Of a stretch of DNA of 64,000 nt, positions 56,972-64,000 are shown piece by piece. The translations under genes and the position numbers were made by a program. The notes under the pieces are model-generated. The model ran no database searches, was not told the DNA's origin, and saw nothing but the letters and a program-made list of their open reading frames with translations. Position 1 is the stretch's first letter, and every line of letters starts with the position of its first letter. Where the stretch lies: NCBI GenBank assembly GCA_037138335.1, contig JBAXIO010000005.1, positions 93,088 through 157,087 of the forward strand. The letters run 5' to 3'. This DNA is from Bacteroidota bacterium. GTDB lineage: Bacteria; Bacteroidota; Bacteroidia; Bacteroidales; FEN-979.

Positions 56972-57022
56972 TAACAAAAGGAAGTTTTTTCCAAATTTAA
57001 TCGGTCTTAATTCACTATGGAA

Positions 57023-58339
57023 TCAGGAATGGGATGCCTTGTTCCTGTTATCGATGAACTTCATCGCTTTCCTTCCGCCTTCAGGGAACTGGACTTTCAG
57101 AATTTCTTCAGGTTTATGGAACTTTACCTGGGGTGCCACCCTGAGCCTGGCCCTGAAATGATCTTTGATATCCTTTTCCAGTTCAGGGCTGAACTGGTTT
57201 GTACCTGCATTGATGATTATTTCATCTGTCCCGATTTCATTGGTATACACCTCAACATAATAATTCCTGATATACGGGATATTATCGAGGATATCATATA
57301 ATGCGGGAGGGTAAAGCGTCGTGCCTTTAAATTTAATCATCTGTTTCCGGCGGCCTATCACCGGTCCAAGCCTCATGGTAGTCCTGCCGCAGGAACAAGG
57401 TCCGGTGTAATGGTAGCACACATCGCCTGTTTTAAACCTCAGCAGGGGGGTACCCTGAACTCCCAGGGTGGTAACAGTAACTTCACCCGGCTGATCTTCT
57501 TCTACGGGATTTCCGTTGTCATCGAGGAATTCAACGATGATCAGCTCGGGATGGTGGTGCCCTCCTGTCCCTGCACTGCATTCGGTAAACGTAGTAGCCA
57601 TCTCGGTCGAAGCATAAGTGGAATATAGCTTCAACGGCCATTTCTCTATTATTTTCCTGCCAAGTGCATTCAGGCTGAGATCGGGATTTCTCAAAGGTTC
57701 ACCAATACATACTGCTTTCGTAATACTTGATGAACGGTAGTCTATCCCGTTTTGTTCTGCATACTCAATGATTTTCAGAATAAAGGAGGGTACAACGATG
57801 ATTGCATTGGGGCGGATCCTGTTAATGGTATCCCACTGAAGTTCAGGGATGCCGTTGCCAACCCTTACAATGGATGCCCCCAGTTTCCTTATCCCGAGAA
57901 AATAAGCCATGCCTGCCATAAACCGCCGGTCCAGGGTGGTCATAAGCTGGTAGGTGTCATCCACGGAACCGTCGGCACAGGTAAAGGAAAGTGCTTCGTT
58001 ATATGCAAGACGGTCAAGGTCACTATCGGTCATGGCTACCGTGACCGGATCCCCCATTGTGCCTGAAGTCGTAATATAATCAACAATTTTGCTCCTGGGG
58101 ACGCAAATAAAATCCTCGTTGAATTGCTGAAGATGGGTTTTGTCGGTAAGCGGTATCCTCACAAGGTCTTCCAGGTGTCTGATACTTCCCGGGTCTATGG
58201 CATGCTCGTTGAACAGTCTTTTATAAAAGGCGGAATTAGCCCCTGCATAGTGCAGCATTTCACGCAGGGCAACTTCCTGGAACTTTTTTATCTCATGTGA
58301 AGACTGGCTCTCAATAGCAGGGAAAAAAGATTTTTCCAT
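57023..58339 (-). CDS. Phenylacetate-CoA ligase / coenzyme F390 synthetase-like adenylate-forming enzyme
   Basis: YITTSGTMGDPVTV (AMP-binding P-loop variant typical of PaaK), YSTYASTE, FKTGD, C-terminal lid; 438 aa. Confidence 0.7.
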   Translation of the reverse strand: MEKSFFPAIESQSSHEIKKFQEVALREMLHYAGANSAFYKRLFNEHAIDPGSIRHLEDLVRIPLTDKTHLQQFNEDFICVPRSKIVDYITTSGTMGDPVTVAMTDSDLDRLAYNEALSFTCADGSVDDTYQLMTTLDRRFMAGMAYFLGIRKLGASIVRVGNGIPELQWDTINRIRPNAIIVVPSFILKIIEYAEQNGIDYRSSSITKAVCIGEPLRNPDLSLNALGRKIIEKWPLKLYSTYASTEMATTFTECSAGTGGHHHPELIIVEFLDDNGNPVEEDQPGEVTVTTLGVQGTPLLRFKTGDVCYHYTGPCSCGRTTMRLGPVIGRRKQMIKFKGTTLYPPALYDILDNIPYIRNYYVEVYTNEIGTDEIIINAGTNQFSPELEKDIKDHFRARLRVAPQVKFHKPEEILKVQFPEGGRKAMKFIDNRNKASHS

Positions 58340-58356
58340 CTGTTTAAGGGTGATCC

Positions 58357-59058
58357 CTAGAATTTAAACCCGATCAGTACCCTGAAGGTTGTATTATCAA
58401 CTTTAAAAGTCGGGTTATCATCATGGTTATAAGTGAATTTGACTTTGCCCCAGTTATATTGGAATGCAAAGAGCATAAATTTATACCTGAGCCCTAAACT
58501 GGCTTCATTGAGCGTATAGCTTGAGCCCCACATGCTGTTATACCATGCAGCCGTGGCATTGAGCTTATATGAAAGATCTATCATGAGGTAGTCAACGGGA
58601 TTTATTGTCAATACAGGACCGAACTTCTGGCCTCCGAAGTAATACCAGTATTCCAGTTTTTTAGAGGAACTTGAATTGGCAGGCAGGGTTTGGTCTGTAG
58701 GGTTAAACGATGCAGTGAGAAAAGTTGCATCGATACCGGCCCTGATATGATGATTTGCAAAGGAAGGGCCAATGTATATGAGGAATCCGAATTCGAATAC
58801 AAATCCTGCCTTGGCTTTATTGAACTTTATTGTATCGGTCTTGCCTTGATATTTGTAATAATTCGCATGGGGATTAGCAAATTCACCCATAGGGAAAGAA
58901 CCTCCCAGCTTCAGGTAAAAACCACTTTTAATATGATTCTCACCAACTTTTTTCTGGGTAGTCTGGGGCTGCATTTGTGTCTGGGCTGGCTGATCCTGGG
59001 CAAATACAAATGCACTTATAAAAAGTACGAACATTAAAGAAAGGAAACATTTTTTCAT
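58357..59058 (-). CDS. Putative outer-membrane beta-barrel protein
   Basis: Signal peptide MKKCFLSLMFVLFISAFVFAQ, alternating amphipathic strands, C-terminal FRVLIGFKF ending in Phe. Start trimmed to the second ATG. Confidence 0.5.
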   Translation of the reverse strand: MKKCFLSLMFVLFISAFVFAQDQPAQTQMQPQTTQKKVGENHIKSGFYLKLGGSFPMGEFANPHANYYKYQGKTDTIKFNKAKAGFVFEFGFLIYIGPSFANHHIRAGIDATFLTASFNPTDQTLPANSSSSKKLEYWYYFGGQKFGPVLTINPVDYLMIDLSYKLNATAAWYNSMWGSSYTLNEASLGLRYKFMLFAFQYNWGKVKFTYNHDDNPTFKVDNTTFRVLIGFKF

Positions 59059-59112
59059 AATGGCTGCTTTATCAGGGGTTAATTGATCCAATAATACAAA
59101 GATACAAATGTA

Positions 59113-60195
59113 TCAGGAATAGGAGTGTTTCTTCATGTACTCTTTTAATTCAGATTTAATAGTTGCTTTATCACCTTCAGGCAATGAAAAACTGTTTTTC
59201 CTGAAATTACGGTTCATGGAAGTAAATTCCTTAATCATTTTTTCCTGGCGTTCTGTAAATACCAGCCCCAGCTGCGCATAAACCTGTTTCACTGTCATCA
59301 CGGGATCATTTTCAAGGTCTTCAAACCTGGTTACAGCATATGATCCTGCAGACAAACCACCCGCTTCTGTATTGATCTTTTCTTCAATAAGTTTTATCCC
59401 CCGGCAGACCTCCTGACAGTTAAATTTATGGGATTCACTGCCAAGTGCATTTTCCTTTTGCAGTATATTCCACATGTTCATGGTTGAAGGGACAACGTCA
59501 AACGGGTGCCGGTGTATCTGGATGAACCTGGCTTTCGGAAAGGCCTCAAGGAGCAGGCCAAGCCTGAAGGAATGGAAAGGGTTCTTTGAAAGTATGATAC
59601 CTCTTTTAAAATACGTGATTTTCCTGTAGAATGATTTCAACTCCTCTTTGATATGTTCATTTGTTCCGGGGGATGGCATATTCTTTGCCCAATCCTCCAC
59701 AAAATATTTCCCGTTCCGGGGGAAGACCAGCTGTTCAAGGGGAGAAGTTCCGGTAAGCCTGAAAATTGCATATTCGTCCTCCTGGGGTTCATCCATCCCC
59801 ACTTTTACATTGTCCATGGGCCTGGTTTCCCTGACAAGAGCCTTCATAATGGGTTTGTAATATGCATGGGATGTAAGCAGGCTGTCAGGTTCTGCAACCT
59901 GGAAAAGGGTAGGAGCGGTGAATTGCTCATCCAGGCTCATCAGTTTATACAATAAGGTTGTTCCGGTGCGCCAATGGCCGATGATGAATACGGGATCAAG
60001 GGGAGGGGGTGTTTCTTTCAGACGTTTTCCGAACCTTACTTTTTCAATCGAAGCAAAGAGGCTTGACCATAATGAACTCTGCAATAAAAAAAGAATTCTC
60101 AGCAAAGTCTTTGCATCCCGGCTGATTTTATTCCTGGCCAGGATACTGAACAGCTGTCCGGATGTCATCCCGGCAGTTAGGTAGGAATGTTTCAA
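59113..60195 (-). CDS. Sulfotransferase-family protein
   Basis: 5'-PSB-like loop FIIGHWRTGTTLLYKLMS and 3'-PB-like FIQIHRHPFDVVPS. Confidence 0.7.
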   Translation of the reverse strand: MKHSYLTAGMTSGQLFSILARNKISRDAKTLLRILFLLQSSLWSSLFASIEKVRFGKRLKETPPPLDPVFIIGHWRTGTTLLYKLMSLDEQFTAPTLFQVAEPDSLLTSHAYYKPIMKALVRETRPMDNVKVGMDEPQEDEYAIFRLTGTSPLEQLVFPRNGKYFVEDWAKNMPSPGTNEHIKEELKSFYRKITYFKRGIILSKNPFHSFRLGLLLEAFPKARFIQIHRHPFDVVPSTMNMWNILQKENALGSESHKFNCQEVCRGIKLIEEKINTEAGGLSAGSYAVTRFEDLENDPVMTVKQVYAQLGLVFTERQEKMIKEFTSMNRNFRKNSFSLPEGDKATIKSELKEYMKKHSYS

Positions 60196-60207
60196 GAATC
60201 AGTTGTA

Positions 60208-60492
60208 TTAGGACTGTGGCCCCTGTTGGGAAACGAGAAATTCGGCTATGCTGTTTATTGACCGTATCACAGAACGTGCAAGGTTCTGATCGGCAATCCT
60301 CAGGTGGTATTTTCGCTGTATTGCCATTATGATCTCCAATGCGTCAACTGAATCCAGTGTAAGCGCATTTTCTCCTCCGAACAATGGTTTGTCATTATCA
60401 ATCTCTTCAGGAGCTATCCCGGTAATCCCAAGAGTTTCCATGATAAGAATTTTAATCTCGGTCCTCAGTTCTTCAGTCACAACCTGGTTCAT
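60208..60492 (-). CDS. Acyl carrier protein
   Basis: 94 aa. Phosphopantetheine attachment context GENALTLDSVDALEIIMAI. Start trimmed to MNQVVTEEL, which removes the overlap with the upstream gene. Confidence 0.8.
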   Translation of the reverse strand: MNQVVTEELRTEIKILIMETLGITGIAPEEIDNDKPLFGGENALTLDSVDALEIIMAIQRKYHLRIADQNLARSVIRSINSIAEFLVSQQGPQS

Positions 60493-60502
60493 GTAAGTTG
60501 AT

Positions 60503-61513
60503 TTAGTTGATGGTTTTTGACAATCGTTTAAAAAAGTCCTCTTCCTTTTCAGCCCGCTGATAAAGAAAATCACTCATTTGTTTGAATTTTTCAGCCCCAA
60601 GGTCGCGGTTCTTCCCGATCTTTGCAGCAAAGAGAGAGAATTCCCTCCAGCCGTCGCCTATCTCCATAAGCTCCTTTGCAAGATCCTTCAGTTCGGGTTT
60701 ATTAATAATGTCTGAGGCTTGTTGGAGGAATGTCGCATACATAAACCTGAAGCCTGCCCCTCCGGTTCCCTGGTCTTCAAGCAGTATGTTGATCTTCATC
60801 ACCTCATGCGAAAGATGCTCTGTGTCACGGGCCATAGCCGGCCATTCGGTGATTTTTTTAGCAAACAGCCTTATCCCTTTGATGCCCAGGAAAGGGATAG
60901 GGATGCTTAACATATTAAAACATGCTTTTTTGATTCCCCTGCGGATGGCTTTTTCGTAATCAAATGATTGAGGGACGTATTCAGGATAGAAGAGAAAGCC
61001 TTTGGGAGACATGCTCCCCTGTGCAAACCTTCCTTTGTTCATCGATTCAACGGGAAGGTCAACAGGATCAGGGAAATAGGAATCGCTGACCTTGTATACA
61101 TCTCCTTCCTTGCCGATTGCGACGAGGAAGTGTACGTTAATATGGACACGTTCCCAGGAGGGTACATAATCCAGATAAAACATATCGACCTGAGTGGCTG
61201 CCGGGATCCCTTTTGAGATGAGCATATCAAGCGCTTCCTGGCCCGCTCCGGGGTTTTTAAAATCCCTGGTATAAAATTTAACCCCTGTCCTCCTGGAGAG
61301 ATTTTTTCTCATCTGCCCCGGCTTGTTCCTGACTATGAAGGTGGGGAAGGCAAAGGATTTCATTTTATGGAAATAGCCGAAAAAAATTCCGCTCGAGATA
61401 CCGAATACCATGGGCTCGGTGATCTTCATCCCTGAATGGTTCAGTAAGGAAGTTATAGAGCCCGATTCACAATGGGCCGCCATCTTATGCTGATAATTTT
61501 CTACTTTCATCAC
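60503..61513 (-). CDS. BtrH N-terminal-domain-like protein (papain/C39-like fold; ACP-dependent acyltransferase family)
   Basis: HCESGSITSLLNHSGMKITEPMVFGISSGIFFGY resembles the BtrH_N signature as I recall it; lies immediately upstream of an ACP gene. Confidence 0.5.
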   Translation of the reverse strand: MMKVENYQHKMAAHCESGSITSLLNHSGMKITEPMVFGISSGIFFGYFHKMKSFAFPTFIVRNKPGQMRKNLSRRTGVKFYTRDFKNPGAGQEALDMLISKGIPAATQVDMFYLDYVPSWERVHINVHFLVAIGKEGDVYKVSDSYFPDPVDLPVESMNKGRFAQGSMSPKGFLFYPEYVPQSFDYEKAIRRGIKKACFNMLSIPIPFLGIKGIRLFAKKITEWPAMARDTEHLSHEVMKINILLEDQGTGGAGFRFMYATFLQQASDIINKPELKDLAKELMEIGDGWREFSLFAAKIGKNRDLGAEKFKQMSDFLYQRAEKEEDFFKRLSKTIN

Positions 61514-61514
61514 G

Positions 61515-61910
61515 TTAATTTCGTTTCCCCGACTGCCTTTTCAGGATCTCATCCGCAGTAATATTAAAAACAACGGAATACTTTTTGATAGCCGATTCAC
61601 TGATCTTTGAAAAATTGCCAGGTTTCAGATGCCTGCGAACAATCCACTTCATCATTCCTGCACGTGCAGCAAGTTCAGAGAGAGTCAGGTCTTCAAGGAT
61701 CATATAATATTCAATCGCATTGATCTCTCCTCTCCCGATTTTTTCCCCCAGTGCTTTCTCCAGGTTAGCCCGTTTCAGGAAATAATCATCAAGGTAATTA
61801 GCCGAAATGTATGAACCTGTTTGAATGGCCTCATACTTCCCGTCCTCTTTCTCGACATACAATATGACCTGTTGTTCAGGACAATCGGATATTCCGTCCT
61901 TTTCTTTCAT
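61515..61910 (-). CDS. Small protein with a C-terminal helix-turn-helix-like segment
   Basis: LTLSELAARAGMMKWIVRRHL resembles an HTH; 131 aa. Weak call. Confidence 0.4.
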   Translation of the reverse strand: MKEKDGISDCPEQQVILYVEKEDGKYEAIQTGSYISANYLDDYFLKRANLEKALGEKIGRGEINAIEYYMILEDLTLSELAARAGMMKWIVRRHLKPGNFSKISESAIKKYSVVFNITADEILKRQSGKRN

Positions 61911-61930
61911 CCGCTCCCACTGTTTGAAAA

Positions 61931-63121
61931 TTAAGTTTTTCTCATTGCAAAAATATAAATGCTGCTAATCATTGCAAAAATGAAGAAGGCAAAGAGCAGC
62001 AGGCTCCTGGGCAAAATAGTCAAAATTCCGCCTCCGCGGATAAATACATCAAGGTAATTGTCGATTCCCCATCGCATGGGGGAAACCAGGCTGATGCCCT
62101 GTATCACTTTCGGCATCACATGCACCGGGAGAAAAGTGCCGCTGATCACACCAAGGAGGACAACCATGACCGAGCCGAACAGGGAGGCCTGGGCCATTGT
62201 GCCGGATGCCGAGCCCACCAGGATCCCGAATCCTATCGCTGCAAGTGAAGAAGCCGCCGTGGCAAACAAAATAGCCGCGATATTATTCCCGATCTCCAGG
62301 CGGGGCAGCCCAAGGAGGCCGGGGAAGACCCACAATCCGACCAGCATCATCAGGAAGAACTGGATCAGGCATACCATGAAATAGACCAGGACCTTTGATC
62401 CGAGTATGGTCCCGAAACCTACAGGCAGTGTGCGCAGCCTCTGGAAGGCTCCTTCGTTTTTTTCGTTTATTATGCTTGCTGCCAGGGGGATCACGATAAA
62501 GAACATGGCAAAGAGTATAAAGCCCGGTACAATATTTTGAATTGCTGTCGGCCTTAACTCCTGCATCCCTGAGCCCGCGAAGGATTCCTTTACCGGCGGA
62601 AGCTTTATCGTGCTTTCCTCAATGGATTTATCTATAAGGGGCTTCATGTCACCCGACGAAAAGGCAAGCATTTTTTCGACGATATCCCTGGTTTGCGTGC
62701 CTTTAATCAGGTATTTCAATGGAGTCACAATGTTTGCACGGTATGGCCCTGAAATGGCAGGATCGGTTATGATCTCAATGGCCGAGTCGCCTGTTCCTAT
62801 AAAGATGCCGATGGAGTATTTCCCCGAACTGATCAGCGCCGTGGCTTTTTCCCTGTTTACCTCAGAGCCCCCGACGAGAGTATCAGGCTCAAAGAATCCG
62901 CTGGATTTAAGATTTTCGACGAGGGAGAGGGTGAACCCAGAATGGCTGTTATCGATGAACAGCAACCTGGTTTTCCCCAGCTCGTTCCTGAGGGTATATT
63001 CCTGGGCAAGGATAACTACAGTCATAAGCAAAACGGGCATCAGGAAAAGTATCAGAAGCCCGGGAACATCCCGAACGATGATAAGTAATTCCTTTTTTGC
63101 CGAAAACCACAGCTTGCTCAT
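61931..63121 (-). CDS. ABC-2 type transporter permease
   Basis: N-terminal TM helix, about 150-aa extracytoplasmic loop, then five C-terminal TM helices (ABC2_membrane_3-like topology). No ATPase gene lies inside the window. Confidence 0.65.
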   Translation of the reverse strand: MSKLWFSAKKELLIIVRDVPGLLILFLMPVLLMTVVILAQEYTLRNELGKTRLLFIDNSHSGFTLSLVENLKSSGFFEPDTLVGGSEVNREKATALISSGKYSIGIFIGTGDSAIEIITDPAISGPYRANIVTPLKYLIKGTQTRDIVEKMLAFSSGDMKPLIDKSIEESTIKLPPVKESFAGSGMQELRPTAIQNIVPGFILFAMFFIVIPLAASIINEKNEGAFQRLRTLPVGFGTILGSKVLVYFMVCLIQFFLMMLVGLWVFPGLLGLPRLEIGNNIAAILFATAASSLAAIGFGILVGSASGTMAQASLFGSVMVVLLGVISGTFLPVHVMPKVIQGISLVSPMRWGIDNYLDVFIRGGGILTILPRSLLLFAFFIFAMISSIYIFAMRKT

Positions 63122-63135
63122 CCTGCAAAGTTAAA

Positions 63136-64000
63136 TTATTCTCCGACTGTTTCCAGGATTGAAAGCGGGGCAATGGTTGGTATGATCTGCTTCAGCCTTA
63201 GCCCCGATTTCTTAAGCAGGCTGTGAAATTCCTGCCTCGTCCGTTCCCTCCCCCCGGGCATTGTAGCAAGCATCTGGATATCGACCATTTTGGAATAGGA
63301 GGAAATTTCAGGGCCGGGCACGACCATTTCAAGGATCAGCAATTTCGAGCGTTTTGGCATGGCTTTGCGAAGATTTGCCAGGATCAGGCGGCATTGTTCA
63401 TCATCCCAGTTGTGAAGTATGTTCTTCATAATATAAAGATCGGCCGGGATGCTGAACGGCTCGAGGAAACTGCCGGGGATGAAAGTCATTCGCCTGCTCA
63501 GGCCGCATGAGCCTATAAAGGCTGTTGCTTTCCCTGAATTTTCAGGCAAATCAAGCAAAAAACCTTCAGCATCAGTGTTTTTCTCAAGTATACGGGCAAG
63601 TAGTAAACCTTCGCCTCCACCTATATCGGCTATCGTTTTAAAGGATGAAAAATCGTAGCGTGAAATTACAGGATCAAAAGCCAGGGCCGACAGGTCCGAC
63701 ATGGATCTTTCGAACCGCCGAAGTTCATCATGGTCCTCCTGAAGATAGGGATAGATATCCATGCCATAAGTGTAAGTGAAAGCGTTTTCACCTGTCTTTA
63801 CCGTGTGCAGCAGGTTTCCCTGGGCCGACCAGTTAATCTTCCCGAGGTGGTGAAGGATCATGTTTCTCAGGCTGCCTTCGCCATCAAGCAGGGCCTTTGC
63901 GCGGGAATTCAGCATAAAGCGCCGGCCATTCTTTTCTATGAATATCCCTTCAGAGGCAAGGGCTCTCAGTATCCTGTACAATGCTTCGGGCCGGCAACCG
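63136..64000 (-). CDS. Family 2 (COMT-like) SAM-dependent O-methyltransferase; 5' end lies beyond the window
   Basis: Frame stays open to base 64000 (GCRPEALYRILRALASEGIF: dimerisation/winged-helix domain). SAM motif I IADIGGGEGLL, family signature YIMKNILHNWDDEQC. Confidence 0.8.
   Translation of the reverse strand, partial: GCRPEALYRILRALASEGIFIEKNGRRFMLNSRAKALLDGEGSLRNMILHHLGKINWSAQGNLLHTVKTGENAFTYTYGMDIYPYLQEDHDELRRFERSMSDLSALAFDPVISRYDFSSFKTIADIGGGEGLLLARILEKNTDAEGFLLDLPENSGKATAFIGSCGLSRRMTFIPGSFLEPFSIPADLYIMKNILHNWDDEQCRLILANLRKAMPKRSKLLILEMVVPGPEISSYSKMVDIQMLATMPGGRERTRQEFHSLLKKSGLRLKQIIPTIAPLSILETVGE

Noticed and set aside
1-64000. Searched by eye for CRISPR arrays, tRNA/rRNA/tmRNA genes, transposases, integrases, toxin-antitoxin pairs and known defence-system genes.
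   Set aside because: None seen. All spacers longer than 100 nt are AT-rich and lack tRNA-like GC-rich stems, and no ORF shows recombinase, nuclease-helicase or other defence-type motifs. A tRNAscan/Infernal/PADLOC-type run would be needed to exclude them formally.

Overview
The window looks like a chromosomal segment of a Bacteroidota genome. Evidence: type A and type B T9SS C-terminal sorting domains, a PorP/SprF-like gene, TAnnTTTG-type -7 promoter boxes, and almost no Shine-Dalgarno sequences. All family calls come from reading motifs by eye; no searches were run.

Layout:
- 1-23.3 kb: housekeeping genes (folD, queE, thrS-infC-rpmI-rplT, ndk, a DHH phosphoesterase, FKBP isomerases), secreted or T9SS proteins, and an XRE-type regulator.
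- 23.3-46.5 kb: one minus-strand, tightly packed block of 20 ORFs for polysaccharide synthesis. It holds a priming sugar transferase, a PCP/Wzc-like protein, Wzx, Wzy, eight glycosyltransferases (three tandem paralog pairs), an acetyltransferase, a methyltransferase and a beta-helix protein. A CheY-like response regulator sits at the 5' end and two hybrid histidine kinases at the 3' end.
- 46.6-56.3 kb: uvrB, an EEP-family protein, two rhomboids, mutL, a GroES-like gene and an amidohydrolase.
- 57.0-64.0 kb: a compact minus-strand ACP-centred cluster that runs off the window.

Most interesting observations:
- The EPS locus carries four receiver-type domains but no DNA-binding output. One hybrid kinase lacks the phospho-acceptor His. 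The priming transferase carries a degenerate receiver.
- The PCP protein has a LysM insert and a degenerate kinase module. No Wza was recognised; a half-size TolC-like protein sits in its usual position.
- Two arrays with exact 7-nt periodicity flank infC, and infC has no canonical start codon upstream of its conserved N-terminus.
- A TTACA-N2-TGTAA array lies upstream of the XRE gene.

I saw no rRNA, tRNA, CRISPR array, transposase or integrase.
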